64,000 nucleotides of DNA from positions 96,001-160,000 of the IMG/VR virus record IMGVR_UViG_3300009008_000005; one strand, given 5' to 3'. This DNA is from a virus. Made by a program: the position numbers and the translations under genes. The notes under the pieces are model-generated. The model ran no database searches and had not been told where the DNA came from. It saw nothing but the letters and a program-made list of their open reading frames with translations. Below, piece by piece: positions 33,645 to 42,399 of the stretch. Positions within the stretch are counted from its first letter, which is position 1; each line of letters opens with the position of its first letter.

Positions 33645-34849
33645 TGACGGGTACGACAACAACGAAGCCTACCGGAACCACCAACACGACCGGGAGCCGG
33701 GTGAACCCGGACCTGGTCAAGCCTCACGTCTATATCATGCCCCGTGCCGATGCCAAGATCTGGCACTGGGTCCGAATGGCGACAGGTGAGGTCTCCGGCC
33801 TCGGCCTGGTCGACGTGATCGACGGACAGATGGTCGTGTCCGATGTCTTCCTGCCCAAGCAGGAGTGCACCTCGGCGGACACGGACCTGGACCAGCAGGC
33901 GGTGGCACAGCTCATGATGGAGCTGGACAACGAAGGCGTGGACCTGGGGAAGCTCCGGTTCTGGTGGCATAGCCATGCCGACATGGAGGTGTTCTGGAGC
34001 GGGACTGACACGGGTACCATGCAGGAGCTGAGCGGGGGCGACACGTTCCTCCTCTCGATGGTCGTCAACAAGAAGCACGACCGGAAGCTCCGGGTGGACA
34101 TGTTCAACCCCTTCAACATGATCCTCGACAACCTCGGGGCCAGCGTCCTCGACCTCTCCGATGAGGAGCTGAAGGAGGAGTGCAAGAAGGCGTTCGACGA
34201 GAACGTCTCCGAGGGCTACTCCGGCTACTACTCTGGGTCGACCCACAACCGCAGCGGCGGACGGTCCTCCACCAATGCCACCCACTCGGTCACCTCCGCC
34301 ACACGGAGGAAGATTGGGTTTCAGGCAGGGAAAACGCCCACCTCGCAGATCTCGGTCTGGAATTCCAAGGACGGAGTGTGGGAGGACCACTACACGTACG
34401 CCGAGGGGGAGCCGAAGATCGTCACGTCGTCGGGTTCGGTCGTCGGAGTAGGTGCGTACCTCTCCAAGGAGGCCGAGGCCATCGCAGAACTCGCCCACGA
34501 GGAAGGGTGGGGAAGCTGCATCGAGCAGCGTGGTGACGAGGACGCCAACGAGGTCGCTCCCATCGAGCCCGAGGAACCCACCGATGAGGACGAGGAGATC
34601 ACGTACAAGAAGGTGGACGACATCACGGACCTGGTCTGCGACGCCTGCGGGAACTACGTGCTGGCCCTCGACCCCGAGGACATGATCACGATGGAGGGTC
34701 CCAAGGGCACGAACCCGCTGAAGCGGCAGGACATCACCCTGTACTGCGCAGACTGCGGCGAGGCACACCACGTGAACGTCCTGATGAAGTACGTCGATGG
34801 GGAGTGGATCCCCAAGCAGTGGGTGGAGGGAATCCATGTCGAAGCCTGA
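33644..34849 (+). CDS. JAB/MPN+ (JAMM) metallo-isopeptidase with C-terminal Zn ribbon
   Basis: E(VSG)...WWHSHADMEVFWSGTD = HxH-x7-SxxD; CDAC...CADC. Confidence 0.9.
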   Translation: MTGTTTTKPTGTTNTTGSRVNPDLVKPHVYIMPRADAKIWHWVRMATGEVSGLGLVDVIDGQMVVSDVFLPKQECTSADTDLDQQAVAQLMMELDNEGVDLGKLRFWWHSHADMEVFWSGTDTGTMQELSGGDTFLLSMVVNKKHDRKLRVDMFNPFNMILDNLGASVLDLSDEELKEECKKAFDENVSEGYSGYYSGSTHNRSGGRSSTNATHSVTSATRRKIGFQAGKTPTSQISVWNSKDGVWEDHYTYAEGEPKIVTSSGSVVGVGAYLSKEAEAIAELAHEEGWGSCIEQRGDEDANEVAPIEPEEPTDEDEEITYKKVDDITDLVCDACGNYVLALDPEDMITMEGPKGTNPLKRQDITLYCADCGEAHHVNVLMKYVDGEWIPKQWVEGIHVEA

Positions 34850-35522
34850 GATCGACACCACCATCTACTGGCGGCAGATGGACGTGCTGCCCATGAAGAA
34901 GGTCCTCTCGGTCCCCGTCACCGTCGTCGGTGCGGGGGCCATCGGGAAGGCCATGGTCGAGGTCCTCTCCGGGATGGGGATCAACGACATCACCGTGTTC
35001 GATGCGGACAGCGTCGAGCCCCACAACCTTCCCAACCAGGGCTACCGGCCCTGCGACGTCGGGAAGCCGAAAGTCGAGGCGCTGGCCGAGATCGTGGAGG
35101 CCCTCACGGGATTCAAGATCAAAGGCATGAACGAGTGGTTCACGGACCAGAAGGTGTCCGAGATCACCGTGTGCGCAGTCGATAGCATGGACACGAGGAT
35201 GAAGCTCTGGGAGGCCATAGCTCCCCAGCTCCCGAAGCTCTACATCGACATGCGGATGGGAGCTGAGATCGGGCAGATCTTCTATGTGAACCCGTGGAGT
35301 CCCGGCTCCAAGCGGCAGTACGAAGCGAACCTGTTCCCGAGCGATGAGGCCGTCGAGGCACCATGCACGGAGAGGGCGACCAAGTACTGTGCGACGGGTA
35401 TCACGTCATTCGCAGCGGGCGGGGTGGCGAACTACCTCCGTGGTGAGGCGCTTCGTCCGCTCGTGCTGGACTTCAGGTGCGGTCAGGTCATCGATCTTCC
35501 GAAGGCCACCGAGAAGCCTTGA
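34836..35522 (+). CDS. ThiF/MoeB/E1-family adenylating enzyme
   Basis: YWRQ; VVGAGAIG; DADSVEPHNLPNQ; KPKVEAL; CAVDS; IDMRMG; APC (candidate thioester Cys); GGAGG SD. Confidence 0.9.
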   Translation: MSKPEIDTTIYWRQMDVLPMKKVLSVPVTVVGAGAIGKAMVEVLSGMGINDITVFDADSVEPHNLPNQGYRPCDVGKPKVEALAEIVEALTGFKIKGMNEWFTDQKVSEITVCAVDSMDTRMKLWEAIAPQLPKLYIDMRMGAEIGQIFYVNPWSPGSKRQYEANLFPSDEAVEAPCTERATKYCATGITSFAAGGVANYLRGEALRPLVLDFRCGQVIDLPKATEKP

Positions 35523-35535
35523 GTCCTCCATCCCA

Positions 35536-35557
35536 GGGGACCCCTTCGGGGGTCCCC
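35536..35557 (+). terminator. stem-loop closing the Ubl operon
   Basis: GGGGACCCC-TTCG-GGGGTCCCC. Confidence 0.55.
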
Positions 35558-35613
35558 GGAGTAGGGGAAACCTATATTTTATGCTATAAGGATAGTCCAT
35601 AGGCGGAGGTAAT

Positions 35614-36282
35614 ATGACTGAGCAAGAAATCATCCAATTCGTTCACAGGCTTGAACTGCCCAAAATCACTACGGATACCGGGTGGGGAATCAGCATCAAG
35701 GTAAGCAAGATCTGCCCAGAAGAGCTGCAGGAGGAAGTCCGTGTCCTATTGTTCCTAACGAATGAGCTACTGTCCAAAGATGTGGACATGACTCTTGGCT
35801 CTGCCCCAATGCAGTTCTTCGGGAAGTTCGCACAGATCTTCGGAGAGATGTCTGGTGGTATTCAAGCGGCCACAGATAACCGGCAGGACATGCTGGTCGT
35901 GGACACGGAAGACCTCCCAGATGATGCAGACCCTGAAGAGATCTTCAGGGTAATGCAGTCGGCAGTAAAGGAGGCACTGAAGAGTTCACTCTTCCAGCTG
36001 TGCAACCCTGAGGAGCCTCGCATCCTCCTTCACAACCCTCCCTTCGTCATCAAGATCCACGAAGGCTCCGTAACCGTAGAGCTTATCCCGAACGTCGTGC
36101 TCAATGCTCTGGACTATCCGTCCGTCGAAGAGCTGTCTTCTGAACTCACAGAGCTGTGGCTCAACTCCAACTTCGTCGGAATCGTGAGTCTCATCTGGGC
36201 ACTGCAGGCTTTCGACAAGCTGCACTCCAAGTTCGCTGAGTTATCTATGAAATGGGCAGCTCCGCAGGTCCTGAATAGCTAG
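35614..36282 (+). CDS. hypothetical protein
   Basis: GGAGGT SD; ATAAG 28 nt upstream. Confidence 0.8.
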   Translation: MTEQEIIQFVHRLELPKITTDTGWGISIKVSKICPEELQEEVRVLLFLTNELLSKDVDMTLGSAPMQFFGKFAQIFGEMSGGIQAATDNRQDMLVVDTEDLPDDADPEEIFRVMQSAVKEALKSSLFQLCNPEEPRILLHNPPFVIKIHEGSVTVELIPNVVLNALDYPSVEELSSELTELWLNSNFVGIVSLIWALQAFDKLHSKFAELSMKWAAPQVLNS

Positions 36283-36297
36283 TATTTCACCGAAATA
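36283..36297. repeat. TATTTC-N3-GAAATA palindrome
   Basis: TATTTCACCGAAATA immediately after a stop codon. Confidence 0.8.
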
Positions 36298-36362
36298 CTG
36301 CACGCTCCGACACCCCTAAAAATCGGTATAAGAGATATAGAAGCCTGGTAAAGGAGGTCTTC

Positions 36363-36983
36363 ATGCAGCTGCACCAGTGCGTGAACTGGAAGGAGCTTCT
36401 CGCTGGGAGGGTAGAGACCGGGCGGTCAGTGTTCTACGCCCTGCAGAGTGATTCCGATGAGTTCATATTCGTTCCCGCAACAATGCAACGGGCAGCGGTG
36501 TTTCCGCTGGTACTTCGAGGGCGTGACTCGCCCTCGCTACACGGTTCTGCGCTAACGTGGAAATTCATCGAACGAGATATGGGGTTGGGCCAGTCCGAAG
36601 TGCAGTCTCTGCTACTCTTCGGGTTGATCGGACTCTCTTCAAAGCTGAAAACTGATGAGGGAGCAAATGTAGGAGAAATACTCTCGGAGGCGCTGCCCTT
36701 CGACGTCGAGTTCAGTGAGGATACAAATGACTTGGAGCCATTCTCCAGACTGGGTGCACCTGCATGGATGATGCGGGTTGCTACCAGGCACCAGCTGGGG
36801 GTCAAGGAGATCGACATGAAGGGGCTGGTGACGGCCCTGCTACCTACACCATTGGAAGTGAGCACGAGATCTGACTGGGGATATGACACCCGGAGCGAAG
36901 TGCTGCTGCTTGCGCATGGGGTAGACTGGAGTACGATGGACTTTCTCCGGGAGAGGAACATCGGAGTGTGGTACCGCCGGTAA
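36363..36983 (+). CDS. hypothetical protein
   Basis: AAGGAGGT SD; ATAAG 35 nt upstream. Confidence 0.8.
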   Translation: MQLHQCVNWKELLAGRVETGRSVFYALQSDSDEFIFVPATMQRAAVFPLVLRGRDSPSLHGSALTWKFIERDMGLGQSEVQSLLLFGLIGLSSKLKTDEGANVGEILSEALPFDVEFSEDTNDLEPFSRLGAPAWMMRVATRHQLGVKEIDMKGLVTALLPTPLEVSTRSDWGYDTRSEVLLLAHGVDWSTMDFLRERNIGVWYRR

Positions 36984-37027
36984 CGGTGGGGAGGGGGCCC
37001 AGTCCCCTCCCTTACTCGGGAGGATGG

Positions 37028-37933
37028 ATGAAGAAGAACGTCGTAGAATGCGATGGGACCAAGGTCCTGATTGAGCAGATACGTGGGGAGTCCGTGAACG
37101 ACATCCCACGAAACGTGTACAGAGATCCGGACACGATGGATGTATGGGACGCAGATACTATCCCCCCTGTAGGTAAAGGTCACACCTACACCGCCGTCGC
37201 CAGGATGACATATAGGAACCAGGGTAGAATCTTCGACAACGATGACCCTGTCTACCTTGTTACGAACAAGCTCCGTGCCTGGGACGAGGAGTCAATGCCG
37301 TTGCTGGATACCTGTGGGGCCCTACCTGCCCAGGTTGTGGCCAACTCCACAATGAAGAAAACGATAAGTGGTTTGCGGCCGGGTGCAGTGAAAGAGTCTG
37401 TCCTCATTCCCGCTGCGACCTTTGCACACTTCTTGAGCGTAGGGGAATCCGAAGGCTGGGACATCACTGTTGCAGAGTGGGATAAGGATACCCAGTGGGA
37501 AGCAGAAGAACTTCTGAAGAGAGTTGAAGGCGGTGACAAGTCCGATGAGAGTGTGGAGGAGCTGCGTAGACTTGCAGTGATCGCTGCAAATACCGATGAC
37601 CCTGGATACATGGACGACGCAGGGAGGAGACTATCTCTGAGGCCTGTAGTGGCGAAGATAGAGGCCGCTCTCCGGGGGCGCAAGGTGTCCAAGCGAGATA
37701 GGATACGGTATGCAGAATTCCTGCTAGGTGAGATGCGGAAGGCATTCGACTGGGCGAAGGAGGCTCATCTTGAAGGGGCTACCATTGTCGTCACACTACA
37801 AAAAGGAACGCTGAGAATGGATGCGGATGCCATCGCTTACCAGTCCGAGGAGCTGTTCGATTCTAAGGCAGCGATACCTGCGCAAGGTAGTCGCCTAAGT
37901 CGTCTTGCGAAGAAGTCGGGTAGTGTTTCTTAG
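37028..37933 (+). CDS. hypothetical protein ending GSRLSRLAKKSGSVS
   Basis: Start MKKNVVE with GGGAGG SD. Confidence 0.75.
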   Translation: MKKNVVECDGTKVLIEQIRGESVNDIPRNVYRDPDTMDVWDADTIPPVGKGHTYTAVARMTYRNQGRIFDNDDPVYLVTNKLRAWDEESMPLLDTCGALPAQVVANSTMKKTISGLRPGAVKESVLIPAATFAHFLSVGESEGWDITVAEWDKDTQWEAEELLKRVEGGDKSDESVEELRRLAVIAANTDDPGYMDDAGRRLSLRPVVAKIEAALRGRKVSKRDRIRYAEFLLGEMRKAFDWAKEAHLEGATIVVTLQKGTLRMDADAIAYQSEELFDSKAAIPAQGSRLSRLAKKSGSVS

Positions 37934-38043
37934 AGGGGTGAACTTTTTTCTTGAGTATCCTAAGCTTTATAAGACTATTATAGAGCAGAAAAAAATAGTG
38001 AGAGCGTACATATTAGGGAAGGGCCCCAGACCGGACCTAAAAA

Positions 38044-38058
38044 TATTTCAATGAAATA
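38044..38058. repeat. TATTTC-N3-GAAATA palindrome over a start codon
   Basis: TATTTCAATGAAATA includes the ATG of 38051. Confidence 0.8.
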
Positions 38059-38392
38059 CTGGTTGACCTGGGGGCATACTGGTGTAGATTGGACTGGAGG
38101 TACCCGCATGCAAGAGTTCAGGAAGGTAGCAAGAGCTTCCTGCGAAGAAGCCTTGGGTAAAGCCAAGGAACTTCTCAATGAGCTATCTGACATCAATCAA
38201 GTCCTGCACATCATCGACAAGTCCACCTTCGGACTCCTGGAGTTCGGTGAGATGCAGGTGAAGGTCGAGCATGGTGTCCACAGGGGAAGTACCTTCCCCG
38301 TGGAGAAGATCCAGATCGATAACGAATCCGGTATAACACTTTGGGCGGACATCAACGACCGTCCGCAGAAGGTCAAGGGACATCTACTCTAG
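38051..38392 (+). CDS. hypothetical protein
   Basis: 113-aa ORF leading the ParB/AAA operon; SD weak. Confidence 0.65.
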   Translation: MKYWLTWGHTGVDWTGGTRMQEFRKVARASCEEALGKAKELLNELSDINQVLHIIDKSTFGLLEFGEMQVKVEHGVHRGSTFPVEKIQIDNESGITLWADINDRPQKVKGHLL

Positions 38393-38402
38393 GAGGGTAC
38401 TG

Positions 38403-39350
38403 ATGGCGGAGAAGGCAAAAATGCCAGCCGAGGCTAAGAAGATCGAGATCCCGTTCGACTCCATCGAACTGGACAAGTACGGCCTGCGTAACAGCAGGTC
38501 TGCAATTCCCAACACGGACAAGCTCCGGGCCTCCATCGAGGCGTTCGGTCTGCTCGTCCCAATGGTCGTGTGGAAGCCCCCAGGAAAGGATTCCTACGTC
38601 CTGTGCTGCGGGTACCTGCGACACAAGGCGATCACAGAAATCCGGTCCAAGGATGCAAAGCAGTACGAGACCATCGGAGTCTCCCTGCTGGACGGTGTTC
38701 CCCTCAACGACGCACTCTGCGTCAACCTCGAAGAGAACATCAAGAGGGAGACCCTCAACCACGCAGACCTCGCAGCCCGCATGTTCCTCCTGAACCACGG
38801 GCGCAAGATGAGCGAGACTGCCATCGCCGACAAGCTCAACGTGTCCCAGGGGTACGTAGCACGCCTCATCGGCGTGCACATGAACTGCATCGACGAAGTG
38901 CTCCAGGCTCTCCGTGAAGGCCTCATCTCCGTGCAGCGTGCAAAAGAGCTGGCCACCCTGGATCCGGAAGAGCAGCTCACCCACCTGGAGAAGCTGCTAG
39001 ACCCGGAGAAGGCCGAGGAGTTCCGGAAGAGGCTGGCCAAGAAGGTCGGGCACTCTCGTCCAGGTATCAAGGTTATCCAGGCGCAGATCAAGCAGCTGGA
39101 GAAGTACGAGGGGGACCAGGATGTTGGCTATCGGCGTGGTGCTCTCGCTGCGCTCCGCTTCTCCTTGGGTACAGCCGAGGAAATACTCCTCTTCCACCCG
39201 CCTGAGTCTGCATCAGGGTCTGCCTTGAAGAAGACCATGAAGAAGCCTGACAAGAAGAAGGTCGCCGAGAAGAAGTTCCCGACCAAGAAGGAAACAAAGA
39301 AGAAGTCTGCGAAGAAGAAGAAGCTGGTCACGAAGAGGAGCAAGTCCTAG
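38403..39350 (+). CDS. ParB/Noc-like CTP- and DNA-binding protein with Lys-rich tail
   Basis: LRASIEAFGLLVPMVV...GYLRHKA (GxxRxxA); EENIKRETLN; HTH SETAIADKLNVSQGYVARLI. Confidence 0.8.
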   Translation: MAEKAKMPAEAKKIEIPFDSIELDKYGLRNSRSAIPNTDKLRASIEAFGLLVPMVVWKPPGKDSYVLCCGYLRHKAITEIRSKDAKQYETIGVSLLDGVPLNDALCVNLEENIKRETLNHADLAARMFLLNHGRKMSETAIADKLNVSQGYVARLIGVHMNCIDEVLQALREGLISVQRAKELATLDPEEQLTHLEKLLDPEKAEEFRKRLAKKVGHSRPGIKVIQAQIKQLEKYEGDQDVGYRRGALAALRFSLGTAEEILLFHPPESASGSALKKTMKKPDKKKVAEKKFPTKKETKKKSAKKKKLVTKRSKS

Positions 39351-40988
39351 ATGACGCAGCTTGAATCTCTCATTTGTTCCGACTACCCGTTGACCTACGT
39401 CATCACGTCGGAAGAAGAGAGGCTCCTGTTGGAGCTGGACAGGATCCTGAAAGATAACGATATGCACGCTGAGGTGCACGCATGGGACATCGTCAACGGT
39501 GTTCGCCCGGTGTACATCCGGGAAGGCGTACCTCAGTTCGGTGACTCCATCGTCATGGGTCCTGATCCCTCCGCAGGGGTTGAGTGGCTGGGAGAGAGGA
39601 ACAAGGACACGATCCTTCTGTTCCTCGACATCCATCGTACATTCGATGACGCCCAGTCCGTTCGTGCTCTTCGGAATGTTCTACAACTACGCCACCACAA
39701 CGACGTGGCACGCACAGCGATGATCGTGTCCCCTATCTCCGAGGTTCCTCCAGAACTCCGTAGGCAGGTGGCCGTCATCGACTTCGACCTACCGACCCGC
39801 TTGGATATCGCAGAGTACCTCGCAGTGAAGCAGAAGAAGGCCGAGCTGGGAGACGCACTGGGAAGCAAGCCTGAGGACCTCACTGACATCATCGACGCTT
39901 GTAGAGGGCTGACCCTCTACGAGATAGAGAATGTACTCGCACGAGCCTACATCGAGGAGGGCAAGGTAAGCCCCGAAATCGTAGTTCGTGAGAAGAAGTC
40001 CATCATCAGGTCCAGCCGTTCCCTTCAGTACTATGACACCAAGGAGTCACTGGAGAACGTCGGTGGTCTAGAGAACATTCACAAATGGTTAGCGCAGCGC
40101 AGATTGGCTTTCTCTCCGAAGGCCAGAGAGTTCGGGTTACCATACCCAAGAGGGATCCTCCTTGTAGGAGTCCCTGGTGGCGGGAAAAGCCTGGTGTGCA
40201 AAGCAGTGTGCGCCAGCTGGAAGATTCCTCTACTACAGTGGAACGTGGGTGCGTCCTTCGGAAAGTACCTGGGAGAGACTGAAGGTGAGGAGAGGAACGT
40301 AGAGAAGACCTCCGAAGCTGTAGCTCCTTGCGGGTTGTGGGCCGACGAGATCGACAAGGGTCTTGGAGCTTCCGCCGCAGGTGGTGGAGCTACTGACGGT
40401 GGAACAGGGGCCCGCATGGTCGGGAGCTTCCTCACATGGATGGAAGAGAAGACGGAACCTGTCTTCGTCCTCGCCACCTGCAATGCCATTGAAGGTCTAG
40501 GGCCGCTTCTACGCCGAGGCAGGTTCGACGAGATCTTCTTTGTAGATGTACCTAACGAGAATGCTCTTGGACAGATACTTGAGATCCACATCCGACTGAA
40601 GGGTAGGGACCCGGAGAAGTTCGATATCCCTCGCCTTGTGGAGAGGTCCTTAGGCCTTGTGGGAGCTGAAGTGAAGAGCGCTATCGAAGATGCACTCTTC
40701 CTAGACTTCGAGAAAGGTCAGGAATTGTCACAAGAGTCCTTGGAGACATGTCTACTTCGAGTCATTCCGCACTGCATCACACGGAAGGACGAGATAGCGA
40801 GGTTGCGAAAATGGGCAGAAGACAAAGCCCAACCGGCGCAATCAGAGCCTCTGGATTTACAGAGAGCTTTGGACTTGCGAGAGCAGTTGGCCCAACAATC
40901 CCAGCAGGGATCACGCAGATCTTTGGCCCGCCGGGGTCGGGTAAAACGTCGCTTGCCCTCTGGCTCGAAGGCCTCGCCCAAAAAGTAA
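39351..40988 (+). CDS. AAA+ ATPase (Ycf46-like)
   Basis: Walker A GVPGGGKS, Walker B LWADEIDK, SRH LLRRGRFDEIFFVDVP; C-terminal EIARLRKWA. Confidence 0.9.
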   Translation: MTQLESLICSDYPLTYVITSEEERLLLELDRILKDNDMHAEVHAWDIVNGVRPVYIREGVPQFGDSIVMGPDPSAGVEWLGERNKDTILLFLDIHRTFDDAQSVRALRNVLQLRHHNDVARTAMIVSPISEVPPELRRQVAVIDFDLPTRLDIAEYLAVKQKKAELGDALGSKPEDLTDIIDACRGLTLYEIENVLARAYIEEGKVSPEIVVREKKSIIRSSRSLQYYDTKESLENVGGLENIHKWLAQRRLAFSPKAREFGLPYPRGILLVGVPGGGKSLVCKAVCASWKIPLLQWNVGASFGKYLGETEGEERNVEKTSEAVAPCGLWADEIDKGLGASAAGGGATDGGTGARMVGSFLTWMEEKTEPVFVLATCNAIEGLGPLLRRGRFDEIFFVDVPNENALGQILEIHIRLKGRDPEKFDIPRLVERSLGLVGAEVKSAIEDALFLDFEKGQELSQESLETCLLRVIPHCITRKDEIARLRKWAEDKAQPAQSEPLDLQRALDLREQLAQQSQQGSRRSLARRGRVKRRLPSGSKASPKK

Positions 40989-41662
40989 GACCCACCTACT
41001 GGTTGAAGTTTGAGCCTCTACCTGAAAGGGATCACTTCATCCGCATGGGAGTGGACCTGGAGAAGCTACACATTGCTTCACCTAAGACTCTGGACGGAGG
41101 GTACAGCCATCTACGTTCCCTCGTCCCTCACTCACTCGTCGTATGGGACTGTCTAGACTCCACCAAGGTCGGAGACGGCCAAGAGCTTAGTAGCGGCACA
41201 CACGGCGTCTACGAGCCTCTGGTGGAGTACTTTGAGGACATAGCGAACCTGGTACACGAGTTCGGCATATCCCTGATTGTCATCTCCCAGGTTCGCCAGT
41301 CCTTCAAAAACCCCCGGGAAGTCATATCTTCAATGGAGTACCTCCTACCCTTCTTCGTCATGTCGTTGAGTGTAGAGGTCAAGAAAACCGAGTCCAGGTT
41401 CGGTGAAAAGACCTGGAAGCGCATGCATGTGCATGCCCGTAGAAATCTGACCTGGCCACCAGGCGGAAGTGCCGACTTACACTATCACGAGACCTTGGGG
41501 TTCTGCCCTGAGATCGAACTCGTAATAGAAGCTGAGAAGAAGTACGGACCTAAGTGGAGAAACGAGCTAGGTATCACCATGCCACGTGGCCGGGAACAAG
41601 CTGTAACACGAATCCGGGAGAACCCGGAACTATTCGAACAATTATGGAGGGCAGTGCTATGA
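40811..41662 (+). CDS. divergent RecA/UvsX-like ATPase
   Basis: ITQIFGPPGSGKTSLAL; DLEKLHIASP; LVVWD; LIVISQVRQ; SD GAGGT before 40811. Confidence 0.7.
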   Translation: MGRRQSPTGAIRASGFTESFGLARAVGPTIPAGITQIFGPPGSGKTSLALWLEGLAQKVRPTYWLKFEPLPERDHFIRMGVDLEKLHIASPKTLDGGYSHLRSLVPHSLVVWDCLDSTKVGDGQELSSGTHGVYEPLVEYFEDIANLVHEFGISLIVISQVRQSFKNPREVISSMEYLLPFFVMSLSVEVKKTESRFGEKTWKRMHVHARRNLTWPPGGSADLHYHETLGFCPEIELVIEAEKKYGPKWRNELGITMPRGREQAVTRIRENPELFEQLWRAVL

Positions 41663-41844
41663 AGAGGGCCGAGATCGAGATCCTTCCTGACGGGACGATG
41701 AAAGCAGAGGCCATCGACTTCGAGGGAAAGGGTTGTGAGGTGTTCCTACAGGAACTTACGAAGGGCCTGAAGCCAAAGAGTAAGCAGAGGAAGAAGGAGG
41801 CATTGGTCCTGGACAAGGCTCCAAGACAACGGCTCCGTACATGA
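41659..41844 (+). CDS. DUF2997-like protein
   Basis: IEILPDGTMKAEAIDFEGKGC; GGAGG SD. Confidence 0.7.
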   Translation: MKRAEIEILPDGTMKAEAIDFEGKGCEVFLQELTKGLKPKSKQRKKEALVLDKAPRQRLRT

Positions 41845-42389
41845 TCTATGCCGGGATCATTGAGAACAGTGAGGTGAATGGACCAGGACGGAGAAATGTA
41901 CTCTTCGTTCGTGGGTGCCCTCACGAGTGTCCTGGCTGCTACAACGCAAGTCTATGGGATCTCAGAGTCCCGGGTGCGTTGGAGGCTACACCAGAGGACC
42001 TAGCGGACAAGCTGATGATGGGTTCACCCGATGGTGTATCCATATCGGGAGGAGAGCCCCTGCTGCAGCTAGCAGAGCTACTCCGACTCTTGCAATCCCT
42101 GAATAGGGAGGGAGTTTCCGTAACCATCTTCACAGGTTACACCAAAGAGGAGATCATGGGTTCACCAATGATGTCCGCTGTGCTGAACCTTGTAGACATC
42201 CTTGTTTGCGGACGTTACGATTCTAGTCAGCCCTCAGGCGCTGGCTTGAGAGGTTCCGAGAACCAGGAGATTCTGGTGCTGAACGGTGAGTGGGATAAGG
42301 AAGAGTTGGAGACATGTCCACACTTCCTTGAGATCCATTCCGACCCACCGATCATCACAGGATTCCCTGCGGCAGCAATCTTGAAGTAG
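41841..42389 (+). CDS. radical SAM 4Fe-4S protein (NrdG/activase-like)
   Basis: VNGPGRR.VLFVRGCPHECPGCYN (CxxxCxxC); SISGGEP; DILVCGRY; GSENQ. Confidence 0.9.
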   Translation: MIYAGIIENSEVNGPGRRNVLFVRGCPHECPGCYNASLWDLRVPGALEATPEDLADKLMMGSPDGVSISGGEPLLQLAELLRLLQSLNREGVSVTIFTGYTKEEIMGSPMMSAVLNLVDILVCGRYDSSQPSGAGLRGSENQEILVLNGEWDKEELETCPHFLEIHSDPPIITGFPAAAILK

Positions 42390-42399
42390 GAGGAAAGAA

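Noticed and set aside
31774-35522. Thiamine or molybdopterin sulfur-relay (ThiS/ThiF, MoaD/MoeB) interpretation
   Set aside because: No ThiG, MoaE, cysteine synthase or desulfurase nearby, and an E2-like gene with an HPH..C motif is embedded in the operon. Not formally excluded without biochemistry.
41841-42389. Calling the radical SAM gene nrdG
   Set aside because: Motifs fit the activase family, but no nrdD is in the window and the context is the AAA/DUF module, so no symbol was assigned.
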